Assembly: GCA_951406725.2 (NCBI GenBank)
Contig: OX597834.1
Coordinates: 8,928,001-8,992,000 of the forward strand
Length of the DNA: 64,000 nucleotides
DNA from: Octopus vulgaris
Taxonomy: Eukaryota
Direction of reading: 5' to 3'
This document shows positions 13,731-26,825 of the stretch, one piece after another (the stretch's first letter is position 1; every line of letters begins with the position of its first letter). Under the pieces are notes generated by a model. The model was not told where the DNA came from, searched no databases, and was given only the letters and a program-made list of their open reading frames with translations. A program made the translations under genes and the position numbers.

Positions 13731-14090
13731 TTCCGGGTTCAGTCGCACTGCGTGGCACCTTGGGCAAGTATCTTCTACTATAGCCTCGGGCCGACCAAAG
13801 CTTTGTGAGTGGATTTGGTAGGCAGAAACTGAAAGAAGCCCGTCGTATATATGTATGTGTATATGTTTGTGTGTCTGTGTTTGTTCCCACCAACATCGCT
13901 TGGCAACCGATGCTGGTGTGTTTATGTCCCCCGTAACCTAGCGGTTCGGCAAAAGAGTCCGATAGAATAAGTGCTAGGCTTACAAAGAATAAGTCCCGGG
14001 GTCGATTTGCTCGACTAAAAAGGTTGTGCTCCAGCATGGCCGCAGCAGTCAAATGATAGACAAGTAAAAGTGTAAAGAAAGAGAGTGAGT
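13731..14090 (+). mobile_element. SINE family A, 5' truncated
   Basis: TTCCGGGTTCAGTCGCACTGCGTGGCACCTTGGGCAAG through the CCAGCATGGCCGCAG tail. Confidence 0.9.
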
Positions 14091-14311
14091 GAAAAGGTCT
14101 AGTTGTCGTAGACGACAAATACTGATAGAGGCGAGTAGCCGTTACCTGGAAGATGACTGAGAGCTTCCACGGTATCTGTCCGGGTAATATATCCCTTACA
14201 CACACACACAGACACACACACACACACATATAATGTTTATGTGTATGTATATTAATGCGTGTGTATGCATACGTGTTTCTGTATGTTCGTGTTTCTTTGC
14301 ATGTATATATA

Positions 14312-14705
14312 GGCGCAGGAGTGGCTGTGTGGTAAGTAGCTTGCTAACCAACCACATGGTACCGGGTTCAGTCCCACTGCGTGGAATCTAGGGCAAGTGT
14401 CTTCTGCTATAGCCCCGGGCCGACCAATGCCTTGTTAGTGGATTTGGTAGACGGAAACTGAAAGAAGCCTGTCGTATGTGTGTATGTGTTTGTGTATCTG
14501 TGTTTGTCCCCCTAGCATTGCTTGGCAACCGATGCTGGTGTGTTTACGTCCCCGTAACTTAGCCGTTCGGCAAAAGAGACCGATAGAATAAGTTCCGGGG
14601 TCTTATAAAGAATAAGTCCCGGGGTCGATTTTCTCGACTAAAGGCGGTGCTCCAGCATGGCCGCAGTCAAATGACTGAAACATGTAAAAGAGTAAAAGAG
14701 AGTAA
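14312..14705 (+). mobile_element. SINE family A, full length
   Basis: GGCGCAGGAGTGGCTGTGTGGTAAG head through the (GTAAAAGA)n tail. Confidence 0.92.
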
Positions 14706-14982
14706 ATATAGAGTTTATATTTTTTACACGTCGCATATTTGAGTGTGTGTACGCGTGTGTATAAATTAATATAATACGCCACGTGTTACAGGACTTTCTA
14801 TTTCTGTTAATATGTCTAATGAGATTGATATTTATATCCTTCCTGAGATTCACGCACTGCTGACCATAATTTATGCTGTCAGAGATTTTTGGAGTGCATC
14901 CGTCGAAACATTCGAAGGAGACTTCAAGATAGAAATGGTCTAACAACATCCCGAGCATTCGTCTCTTTATTCAGTTTTCTTT

Positions 14983-15017
<35 letters not shown>

Positions 15018-15025
<8 letters not shown>

Positions 15026-15451
15026 CCATTTGAATATGGCTAGCCCCTAAGTGTGGATGCTACTGTAGTTTGTAGCCCCAGGAAGACACCTCCTCCAGCT
15101 GGCTATAGACACGACGTGTTTCCGCTACTGTTTATAACTCGCTCTGAGATTTATCATTGTTTGATTTCACTTTTTCAATATCAGTGTCAATACAATAAGT
15201 ATATGTATTTGTGAAGGGAGCTGACTTCTCGTCGACAGCTATGATTGTCACACGCCGATGATAGGTCAATACCTTGAAACTCGAGTCCGTGTGTATCATA
15301 AGTTGAAGACGGGAAGGATGAGTTCCCTTCACAAATACTGATAAGGCACAGAAAGTGTGTCTATAGCCAGCTGGAGGAGGTATGTTCTTCGGGCTACAAA
15401 CTACAGTAGCATCCACCCTTAGGGGTTAGCCATATTCAAATGGCAAATATA
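15018..15451 (+). mobile_element. About 435-bp fold-back element with about 93-bp terminal inverted repeats and an internal hammerhead motif (Penelope-like inverted fragment or MITE)
   Basis: 15021-15112 is the reverse complement of 15357-15448 with a handful of mismatches. Flanked by (TA)n. Confidence 0.8.
15249..15293 (+). ncRNA. Minimal type I hammerhead ribozyme candidate (U4C core)
   Basis: CACACG-CCGATGA-tAGGT caat ACCTt-GAAA-CTCGAG-TC|-CGTGTG. Stem I extends by pairing of 15205-15245 with 15295-15338. Confidence 0.7.
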
Positions 15452-15499
15452 CGTCACGATATATGTATATATATATATATATGTAGAGAGAGAGAGAAA

Positions 15500-15835
15500 G
15501 GTGCAGGCTTGGCTGTGTGGTAAGAAGATAACTTCACAACCAATATGTCTCTGGTTCAGACCCACTGTGTGGCACTTTGTATGGCTGTCATCTACCGAAG
15601 CCACGGGCCGTCCAAAGATTTGGAAAGACGATGACGCATGGCGTATACATATATGTAAATATTTTGTGTGTGTGTGTGTGAGTGTGTTTGCGTTGCTTTC
15701 TGTGTTTGACCACTATCACTTAACACCGGATAATGGTGTACTTACATCTCCGTAAATTAGCATTTCCGCAAAGAGACCTAGAAAATTAGTACTCAAGGTG
15801 GTGCTCCAGTATGGACATAGTAAAAATAACTGAAA
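15500..15835 (+). mobile_element. Old diverged SINE family A copy
   Basis: GCAGGCTTGGCTGTGTGGTAAG head and AAGGTGGTGCTCCAGTATGG tail are recognisable. Confidence 0.7.
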
Positions 15836-15863
15836 GAATTTTATTATTAAAAGATTAAGAGTG

Positions 15864-15915
<52 letters not shown>

Positions 15916-16341
15916 TATTTATGCAAGGAAATTTCGTCAACATAGGTAATGTAAATGGATCGTGTAACTACCTAAAGCATATCATATACTTCCGGTCTGA
16001 TGCTTCATTCATCTTCTGAGAAACCGGAAAGTACTAATATCATGAATTGTGGTTATTCTTTGCGTCTAAATTTTATTACTTCTCTCTACCAATGACAGAA
16101 CACTTAGCTTATGGTATCCCCTTACCCAATATCATAATCTACTTAACTGGCTATTCTAGAAACGGCTGTAAAGTTGTCTCTACCTCTTAATACTTCCCAT
16201 CAACCTTAAATATTTGGAAGTGATGGCAAATGTGCTTTCACATTTTCTTATTCAAACTATCAGTGAATGAATGAATCATTCAAGCTATCTATCTCTCTCT
16301 CTCTCTATCTATCTCTCTATCTATCTATCTATCTGTCTGTC

Positions 16342-17192
16342 GCTACCCGTTCGGGATAAGCTCTACAGACACGGCTCGAGAAACACGGGGCCGACCTGCC
16401 CGAGATGCGGTCAGAGCGACGAAACCGTTCTGCACGCACTCGTTCAGTGTCCAACAATTTCCGACCTGTGGGCTTATGTCGAACAACTGCTGTCACGTGT
16501 GGGACGAGTCGGTTTATCAGCTGGGTCTATCGTCAATATTGTCACGCCTCCTTCCTTCAAACGGGAAGGAAGAGCGATTTTCATCATCCTTGTGGCTATG
16601 GCGAAAGAATGTATCTGGTGGACGCGTCTGAAAGGATTGGAGACAAACACTTTCCTCTCTGGTCAATCTCTCATCAACTTCTTCAAGTACCACTTGAAAA
16701 GGAAAGTGAGAGTAGAGAGGCAAGTTTTGTCTAGCGAATGTTTTAAAAAGATGGGTGAATGTAGCAAGAATGGCACGTATGAATGACGAAGCCACCTTGA
16801 GCATAGTCCTATGAACCCAGAAATCGAAAACAGAGAGTTGCTTATTTGCAAAAAAAAAAAAAAAAGAAATATAAAATGTGACTTCATTGACCGAGGTTAC
16901 CGTGGTCTTTTCCGTAGGCTTTTCTTTCCACGGGTAAACCTCACCTGTCCTCCCCTTTACACTTCATATTGACATTTCTGTGATAACGATCCCTATTGAT
17001 CAATTTTTTTTCCTCTCCCCCTTTTTTTTAACCCCCTTTTTTTGTCCTCTTTCTCTCCTTTTACGATCCCTTTTGATCGAAACTCCCCCTTCCTTTTTTT
17101 TTTTTTTTTTTTTTTTTAAACCTTCAAAAGAAAAGCTCTACCTTGTAATTTGTTCTATCTGTGTGCAGCCCTGTGTGGCTAATAAAGAAACA
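16342..17192 (+). mobile_element. 5'-truncated Tx1/L1-clade LINE 3' end (zf-RVT domain plus 3' UTR)
   Basis: LPVRDKLYRHG..CPRCGQSDETVLHALVQC...W...AKECIWWTR is a typical Tx1/L1 ORF2 C-terminal zinc knuckle. T-rich UTR, AATAAA at 17181, candidate TSD TATCTATCTGTCTGTC at 16326-16341 and 17193-17208. Confidence 0.85.
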
Positions 17193-17198
17193 TATCTA

Positions 17199-17234
<36 letters not shown>

Positions 17235-17295
17235 CTTATCTATCTACCTATCTATCTACTTATCTATCTACCTATCTATCTACTTATCTGTCTAC

Positions 17296-17337
<42 letters not shown>

Positions 17338-17570
17338 GTCTACCTATCTATCTATCTGCCTATCTATCTACCTATCTATCTACCTATCTATCTACCTATC
17401 TATCTACCTATCTATCTACCTATCTATCTACCTATCTATCTACCTATCTATCTAACTACCTATCTAACTACCTATCTGTGTATCTATCTATCTATCTATC
17501 TATCTGTGTATCTATCTATCTATCTGTGTATCTATCTATCTATCTATCTATCTGTGTGTATATATATATT

Positions 17571-17612
<42 letters not shown>
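17193..17612. repeat. (TATC/TGTC/TACC)n followed by (TA)/(TG) microsatellite
   Basis: Directly visible. Confidence 0.95.
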
Positions 17613-17986
17613 GCTCTGTGTGTCTGTCTCTCTGTGTTCTCAATGTTTGTGTGCATGACAGTGTGTGTGTATTCCTTATATATATGCAGTCACTTGCTCT
17701 CGTGTCTTCTATTAAAATTATCATTGTGTGTACTGACGGAAATTTAGTGGCCGAAATATGAACCGAAGCCCATTGTATTTATTCTTTCATTAGGAAACGC
17801 TAAGTGTGCGCCTGCGTCAATGGGCGTAAATAATTTTGAGTAATTAAAGGGAGGTAACTCTAGTGGCCTGAGACATGCAATCTCTCAATAAACTATCAAG
17901 CAGACGAAGTTAATATCTCGATATAATTCACGTTAATGATCTAGTTTGGCGATTGTCCAATTAGAGAAACCTTTAGAAGAATAAAA

Positions 17987-18067
17987 TACTCTTCGTCTTC
18001 TCTCACACACATACTCTTCGTCTTCTCTCACACACATACTCTCCGTCTTCTCTCACACACATACTCT
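17987..18067. repeat. 25-bp minisatellite x3 (ATACTCTTCGTCTTCTCTCACACAC)
   Basis: Directly visible. Confidence 0.9.
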
Positions 18068-18559
18068 CTCTCATGCAAACGAATAAAGAAATATAAACGA
18101 TTCGGTGTACATAGACACAGTCACAGATACACATTCGTACAAATGTATTCATTTAGAAATACACTTCCGCTCACGCATGCGTGTCAAGTGCCTAACACAT
18201 ACATAAACCGCATGTCACTTTTGACATGTTCCTACGCATACATGTCCACAATCTCCCATTCTCACAGACAAGATTAATTTCCATACAAACACATACTCGT
18301 TCTCATAAAGGGACCCAAGCTTGTGTAAAATTTCATCTGAGCGTGTGCGAACACAGTTTGACGCAACCACAATTGCACAGAGACATCGTCACTCAAGTAG
18401 ACACAAGTTCTTACAACATTTCCACACAAACGCATCGATGATAATATATGACAGCCATTATATGTATTTTTGTATGTATGTGCGTCATTAAATCTAGGCG
18501 TTAGGCGTTTCTCGGTTTTTATGCATCTACGTGCGTCTGTGTACATGCGTGTGTTTCCA

Positions 18560-18855
18560 AGTGTGTGTGTATATATATATATATACACATATGTGTGTAT
18601 GCATATATAAATATATGTATGTATATGTACATGTGTATATATGTGTATATGAATGTATATGTGTGTATATATGTGTGTATATGAATATATGTGTATATGT
18701 ATGTATATGAATATGTGTATATGTATGTATATATATATATATGTGAATGTATATATATGGATATGTGTATATGTATGTATATATATATATATGTGAATAT
18801 ATATATATGGATATGTGTATATGTATGTATATATGTGTTTATATATATGGATATG

Positions 18856-18886
<31 letters not shown>

Positions 18887-19215
18887 GGATATGTGTATAT
18901 ATATATATATACATATGCATGTATATATCTATGCATATGCGTATATATCTATGCATATATATATATATATGCATATGCATGTATATATATATGCATATGC
19001 ATGTATATATATATGCATATATATATATGAAATGCATGTGTATATATATATGCAAATGCATGTGTATATATATGCAAATGCATGTGTATATATATGCAAA
19101 TGCATGTATATATATATGCATATGCATGTATATATATGCTTATGCATATGCATGTGTATATACATATATATATGTGTGTGTATATATATATATAGTGCGT
19201 GTGTGTGTGCGTGTG
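18560..19215. repeat. Compound TA/TG/ATGC low-complexity tract
   Basis: Directly visible. Confidence 0.95.
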
Positions 19216-19865
19216 ATTGTTAGTCTGTATGTTTGTATTTATAGCGGCGAAGATAAACTGCACCTAATTCTTAGACACGACTCGGGCAGAGGGAATAAAT
19301 ATCATATACAAACACACAACAACAAATAAACTACACAAACAAACGCGCAATTGGATAAACAAAGTATCTCGATAAATATAGGAGCGAATATCATGCAATA
19401 TCATAATTAATTTGTCTTGAATTCTTAGAAAAATCTAATCTCTTCTAATATTTCAATTAAATCTCCCAATTTTTGACGGCAAAGAGATGGATTACAACTG
19501 CAAAATCCGACAAATAAACTCTAATTTGGGAAAAGAATATATAAATTTATATGTGTGGTTATGGCCTGGTGTCTTGTATGTATATGTGCGCATAAAAATA
19601 TATCTTGTTTTCCTATTCCTAATACTGCTGTTGGTGGTGGTGTTGGTGGTGGTGCATTAATGCCTCGCTTGTATCAAATAACCTAAAGACGAAATAACCC
19701 CTTAGTGGATTCACTTGTTTTACCTAGATTTAGGTGATCCCACTCAAAAGTAGGTTATTAAGATTCTTTTAGTTCAATATCGACTTATAAGCAGATTAAC
19801 ACGATCCCTTTCGCTTCCCTTGACGTCAACCATCTCCCTGCCGCGCATATCCAGATATAAATATG

Positions 19866-19893
19866 ATTATATATATATATATATATATGTATA

Positions 19894-19926
<33 letters not shown>

Positions 19927-20480
19927 ATATATATATATGTGTGTATGTGTGTATATATGTATATGTGTGTGTGTGTATGTGAGTGTGTATATATATATAT
20001 GTGTGAGTGTGTATATACATATGTGTATATATGTGTATATACATATATGTGTATATATGTGTATATACATATATGTGTATATATGTGTGTATATGTGTGT
20101 GTATATATGTGTATATATATGTGTGTGTATATATGTATATGTGTGTGTATATATGTATATGTGTGTATATATGTATGTGTGTGTATATATGTATATATGT
20201 GTGTATATATGTATATATATATGTGTATATATGTGTATATGTATATACATGTGTATATATGTGTATATGTATATACATATGTGTGTATATGTGTATATAT
20301 ATATATATGTGTATATGTGTATGTATATATGTGTATATGTATATATGTGTTTATATGTGTATATGTATATATGTGTTTATATGTTTATATGTATATACAT
20401 ATGTGTGTATATATATATATATATATGTGTGTATTTTTCCGTATGTGTATATATAAATATATATAAATATATATATAATA
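19866..20480. repeat. Compound TA/TG microsatellite
   Basis: Directly visible. Confidence 0.95.
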
Positions 20481-21399
20481 TCGTTGAAGAAAGTTGTAGA
20501 ACCAAGACACCATGTTTATATATTTATTTATAGACGTGTCAAATATGTCATTATTGATATTTCTGTTAAGTCTTCGCTTTCTCGATCGCTTTAGCTGATA
20601 TTGAAGTTGTAATTTGTGTTCTTTATTGTTATTTTGTTTGTTTACTCTATTCTTTTTCTATGCTTCATATTTTCGTTGCTGGTTTTGGTGCCGGTGTTAA
20701 GGTCTGGGTTGGTGGTGGCTGCTTGCTTGTCGTTTTGTTTTGACAGTTTCTTAATAATCTCAAGCGAGACAGAAAACGTCTTTCGCCTTCTATTCAGCAG
20801 TCAACCAATGGAAAGCCGAACGGTGTTTATAAATAAAGACATGTCACATACTTCGAGAACATGAATTATCAAAACCCACACATATATACACACACAACCA
20901 AATGAATATACACATAAACACACAAACAAATGAACACACACATAAACACTCACATACATGGATATGGTAAATGCCTATCCGTTTTGGGGTAACATTTTCA
21001 GGAGCAGAAGTACACCAATACACCTATATATAAATTAGATATGTGCCAATAGAATATGGTAGCATCTCTCTAGACAACCATTTTAGAAAGGTGCCCAAAC
21101 AAAATATTTCTTTATAAATGCATTCATATACATACCAATATTCTCGTCAGAATTAACCAAACCAACAATGGATGAATAACATCGAATATTTTCTCTCAAG
21201 TTTAGAATAGATATTTCTCGCAACAAGATAAACAAAAATAATACTCACTTCACCGATGAAACACTGAATAACTTCCAGAGTAAAATAAATTATGATTATT
21301 GAATACATTTTAGTGGGCTTTTATCTGCATTTTTTTTTTCTACAAATACTCAGGTAGAAACGGAACAAAAAATGAATGGCGATAGATAGTTTCCCTTCC

Positions 21400-21720
21400 G
21401 ACACGTGCCTTCCCTTTGATACCACTCTGTGGCCCCTTTGGATACATGTCATTCCCCAACCAATATATTGAGAAATTTAGTAGACACATTGTTGAAACGG
21501 GTGAAAGCTGTTCCTGCTCTCTGGCAACAGATTTAATCCGTTGCCCAGTTTTTACAACACAACAAGGCACTAGAATATCTTCTGTGGATTCCAATTTGAT
21601 TCCTGACTGAATACAATTGCAGATAGTATTCAAAATCTTGAGAAAGCGCTAATGGGCGTGACTTTATTTTTCTAATTAACGAAATAGAAGTTTCAACATA
21701 ACAAACTATATCCAAAACAG
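21400..21720 (-). pseudogene. Possible highly decayed LINE RT remnant
   Basis: Minus-strand peptides SISLIRKIKSRPLALSQ and ICNCIQSGI resemble the I.LIPK...RPIAL...I.NRI region of LINE ORF2. Weak. Confidence 0.3.
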
Positions 21721-22655
21721 TTGAGTTATTGATTTTCTTGTTTACAAAAATAAATGAATAAAATGCTGCAGATCTGTGTAAGCTGATATTTCAGCAGAAC
21801 GACCTCTGGAACGATAATTTTACAAATATTTACATATAGAGTTCAATGTAGTCATCCTTAAAATAATATGAAGGAAAAAGGAAAAGATTATACGACTTCT
21901 TGGGATATAAAACCTTTCCACAGATTCCTTTAGAGATAAATTTATGAGAATCAAATAGATTCCCGAAAAATAACCGTATGAAACCAAATATTCTCTGTCG
22001 GAAATATAATCTATTGCCACATCTCTTCAAATTAATATATTAATTGCTTTATTTCGAGATATAGATTCTTGAAGGATTTAAATCACTTAAGCATTTGTGA
22101 CATTAGAAGAATATGTGAAGGTTTCGCTTTTCACATTAGGAATTTTCCATTTTGGCTATCGGAAATGTGTCACCACTAAATGACTTTCGACAGCCAAGTA
22201 CAATTTATCTTGCTACATGAAGTGATCACTTCGTTCCGCTTGAACGAAATTCGACGTCTTTTATATCTCTCTACATGGTGAACCGCCATCAGATTTTTCA
22301 TAACCGATCGTCAACAGTTTCTCTCAACAAACAATTCATTGATAAGTCTCTACGGAAAAAAAATTATGTTGTGATAGCATTTTTCAAAATTTCGTTCGAA
22401 AACCATGTTTCATGTTTTGTCTGTACATGCATTGATTTTACATAAAAGTATGTCATATCTCGTGTTACCGTTTGTTTAAGCAGCTTGCTGAACAGTCTGA
22501 GATGTTCGCCTTGACGAAAATGCACAGTTTTTCTTCAAAGTGTGTCTAAATTATAACATATAATTTATTCGATATAGTCGTCATATTCGTACTATCAGCT
22601 TAGAGAATGAAAATCGGTTATGGAAGGTCTTCTCTCCTTAATATATTAATGTGGT

Positions 22656-23055
22656 AAGGCGGTGAGCTGGCAGAAACCTTAGCATGCCGGGCGAAATGCT
22701 TAGCAGTATTTCGTCTGCCGTTACGTTCTGAGTTCAAATTTCGCCGAGGTCCACTTTGCCTTTCATCCTTTCGGAGTCGATAAATTAAGTACCAGTTACG
22801 CACTGGGGTCGATGTAATCGACTTAATCCGTTTGTCTGTCCTTGTTTCTACCCTCTGTGTTTAACCCCCTTGTGGGTAGTAAAGAAATAGGTATTTCGTC
22901 TGCCGTTACGTTCTGAGTTAAAATTCCGCCGAGGTTGACTTTGCCTTTCATCCTTTCGAGGGTCGATAAATTAAGTACCAGTTGCGTACTGGGGTCGATC
23001 TAATCGACTGGCCGCTTCCCTCAAAATTTCAGGCCTTGTACCTAGAGTAGAAAAT
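22656..23055 (+). mobile_element. SINE family B dimer-like composite
   Basis: Full monomer 22656-22890, then a second unit restarting at GTATTTCGTCTGCC with a different tail (CCCTCAAAATTTCAGGCCTTGTACCTAGAGTAGAAA). Confidence 0.9.
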
Positions 23056-23344
23056 CGATCTCGAAAGTATGAAAGGCGAAGTTGACCTTGATGGAATTTG
23101 GACGAAATACTTATTTCTTTACTACTCACAAGGGGCTAAACTCAGAGGGGATGAACAAGGACAAACAAACGGATTAAGTCGATTATATCAACTCCAGTGC
23201 GTAACTGGTACTTATTTAATCGGCCCCGAAAGGATGAAAGGCAAAGTCGACCTCGGCGGAATTTGATCCCAGAACGTAACGGCAGACGAAATACGGCTAC
23301 GCATTTCGCCCGGCGTGCTAACGTTTCTGCCAGCTCGCCGCCTT
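23056..23344 (-). mobile_element. SINE family B (monomer plus partial second unit), tail-to-tail with the previous copy
   Basis: Reverse complement of the family B consensus, ending CTGCCAGCTCGCCGCCTT. Confidence 0.9.
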
Positions 23345-24114
23345 ACATACGTCATTAAATTGATAGATACGTGTGTACTGGGGTGGAGTCATTGCTTCGT
23401 TAAATATGTTTGACGTAATAACGCCTAGTGACAAACGTGACGTTGTATAAGAAATTTAACTCTATAAATATATCTATATCGATAAAATGAATTCACGACT
23501 GAAATAAGCAGTCGAATCAATAAAGACCAAAAAATATCTTGCAAGTAGCTCTTTAAAACGACCAGTGTAAATTTGAAGACAGATATGTATGTGGGCTGTG
23601 GTGGGTGTATACATGAAAATTCTTCGCCGACGAAGCTACAGAAGTAATATTTTAAATGTCATTTGCGTAATACGCTGCTGTGCGATCTTTACTTGAAATA
23701 TGTATTCGCAAAGGGAAGACCTGCGCTTAACATTTACGTCTGCAATTATTTTAATATATCCACTATTTCTCATGCACGATATAGTAACACATTCGTTTCC
23801 GCCATAGGTAACTTATTAAGGAAACGCTGTTTCTCATTGCAAGAGAGGAAACTACAGAATGTACCCTAAATAAATACCTACCTCATTTCAGACTGCTGAA
23901 CATACTGAGTATGACCGATTCCAGCGGCAGAAACATAAATAGAAGACATGCTGTAATGAATAGAAATCGCGAATACATTGCCACCATGAATTTGAAGATC
24001 GGTTGTTACAATATTTGCATCTTATTTCTGCCAGGAAATGAAAATAAAACGGAAATATTTCTCTTTAAGGAAAGTAGCTAAGGAAATATGACGTTTCATA
24101 TGTCAAAGCTTTCA

Positions 24115-24510
24115 AAGGCGATGAGCTGGCCGAATCGTTAGCACGCCAGGCGAAATGCCTTGAGGTACTTCGCCTCCCGTTACGTTCTGAGTTCAAATTC
24201 CGCCGAGGTCGACTTTGCCTTTCATCCTTTCGGGGTCGATTAAATAAGTACTAGTTACACACTGGGGTCGATGTAATCGACTTAATCCGTTTGTCTGTCC
24301 TTGTTTGTCCCCTCTGTGTTTAGCCCCTTGTGGGCAGTAAAGAAATAGGAATAGAAATTTCGTCAGTCATTACGTTCTGAGTTCAGATTCTGCCAAGGTC
24401 AACTTTACCTTTCATCTTTTTTTCGGTCGATAAAATAAATACCAGTGGAATACGGGGGTCGATGAGATTCACTGTCCTCCTCCAAATTTCAGGCTTTGTT
24501 CCTATAGTAT
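24115..24510 (+). mobile_element. SINE family B dimer-like composite
   Basis: Monomer to about 24350, then a diverged second unit ATTTCGTCAGTCATTACGTTCTGAG...CCAAATTTCAGGC. Confidence 0.88.
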
Positions 24511-26698
24511 AAACGTTAGTACAGAACTTTCAGAAACTTGTATTACTAACGAAAAACTGATAATCAAAGACACTGCGATTTCTATATTCTCTTGAAAACA
24601 CAGAGAGAGAGGGAGGGAGAGAAGTGTAGGATTTGCTATCAAGAAGTTTACTGAAAAGCTCCCAGGAGCACCGTGTCGCATAAGCTTTCGACCGTCAGTG
24701 GATACAGAAAGGTCTTCCCGTAGAGTCGGAATATACGCTCCCATAATGCAACATTCTGAAGATGATATATTGTTGTCAGAAACAATTCAGTAAAGCAATA
24801 AAAGAAATGAACATATATATTTATATATTATATATTTTTAATGGGTCGATTCGAACCCATGCAATTTAGTTTTGTCTGCAACTTACAGAAACCTAGGTCG
24901 CCCAGCTCATTTGCATGTTGTATCTGGATGAACTAGTGGTGACAATGCATATTGCCGTTCCTCCTACATTGGACAGATTCGTGCTATATATATCATATTC
25001 ACCTTCAATTTTAAATCAAAAAATTCTTGGATGATTAGAGAATAATTGGTAATAGAAACGGGTGACATTCTGGCGTCGAAGAATTAGTGATTATGAGTAC
25101 TGAGGGGACTGGTGGGATTTTCAGAACGTTAAAATGAACAGACGTGAAACAAACAGGCGGAATATCTAGGGTGTAAAAGTTCTCATCCCGGATAGATTCA
25201 AGATTCTATCTTAGTCGCAGTAGAAATGGTACACTCTGGAGAGAGCACTCCTATTTGCCAGAGGCCGGAGCGTTCCTATGAATAATTTCTGCCAATCATT
25301 TTATAGTTTCTTATCTGGATTTGGTCGGAGATGTTGGGAGGTGCAAACAAACAGCTGCCTGGATTTGAGTGTAACAGTTCAATGATGCCACATCTGTTCA
25401 CTGCAGGGAGGGTGTCAATAATTGTTGTTTACCTAGTATTTTCCCCTTCTGAAGAGAAAAGTTGGTTGCTGGAAAGCAGTGGTAGCGATGTTAAAGATCT
25501 GATTTTTTCAGGAGATATGCATAATTTTATTTAGACACTAAATATGGGGCGAATTTGAGGACTGTAGCTGAATGTTTCTGAGGAATTAGGAGAGGTCGCA
25601 CATAATCTTTTCGTTAATGAGTTGAATTGTGTGTGGTAGTTTTTCCCCGTTGAAAGAAACACATTTGGCGTATCCCAATTTGATGTTGCTTTCCAGATTC
25701 CTGTTCGTTGAGTCAACGTGTGATAGGTTTATGTATGGCTTGAGAATGTTGGTTCAGGATGTTAAGTAATGTAATCTATGTAAAAATGGTTGATCTAGCA
25801 GCAAGTAGGTTAGGGGAGAGTAAGAGATCGACAGAAAAGGGGACGAAACGTTTGCTAACATGCGAACTGTAAGGTAAATATGTATCGAATATGTATATTT
25901 GGCTAGAGGTGACTATCGGTAGAAAATTTCTATAACAGATTCGTATGTTAAGTTTGTTGAAATTATTGCAGAATGTGTGAAAGGGTGAAAGTATTATTTT
26001 CATCAACTTATTCAAGGACAGAATCCTGCTGTGAAGGAAGGAAATTGGGTCGCCACTTCATCGAATATTATGAAAATCATACATCTAATCGTTAAGAGAG
26101 AGAGTGACAAAACAGAATCAGGAGGAGAGAGAGACGGAAAGAAAGAAGAAGAGAGAGGGAGAGAAGATCAAGGTTTTAGAGCCAATCGTTTTTAGTGGCT
26201 GCCGGCATTAGCTTCGAAGAATTAAGCTGATGTTTGACTGTGTCAATCAGGTAGACTTTCTTAGAGATGAGACAATATAGACCGATTCCAACGACGTAGA
26301 TAGATCAATGTTTGCGAAGGAGTCAATGAAAAGCTTGCTAAGTACAACGTATAGCTGCATAGGGCAACATTAAACAGACAGGACACTGTCTCAATCACTT
26401 GTTTTGTTGGCTTGAAGTACCCAAATTATCTCTTAATTTTTGGTCTGAGTGGATGCCAAATTGCGGTCAATTTGTGAACAGAATAATATTACCTGTGCCA
26501 AATAGTTGCAATGCGGTTTCTCTTCAAAGCAAGCAGAGAATATCAAGAGATTGCTTTGCGCGGCCTCGCTTTACGGGGGCCACCGCGGCGGTGAAGAATT
26601 ACGCAGTGTAAGGTATAACGGTGTAAGAAATAACGATTCCACAAAGTTAATAACGATTTCACCAACAACAATTCTACCGATTAAACTTTGTGCAAGTT

Positions 26699-26783
26699 TA
26701 ATTCTCAACAAATTCTGCATAGTAATAGAGAACCAGACTTTAGATATTTTAAAGTTGTGCAATAGCGAAATGTATGTGTTAGC

Positions 26784-26825
<42 letters not shown>

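Noticed and set aside
15987-16033. TTCCGG-TCTGATGC...GAAACCGGAA dyad
   Set aside because: A9 and the UH site are absent; just a short inverted repeat.
25640-26020. Possible Penelope RT/GIY-YIG remnant (LPYSSHVSKRF, TQR..KQH)
   Set aside because: Too degenerate to support without a profile search.
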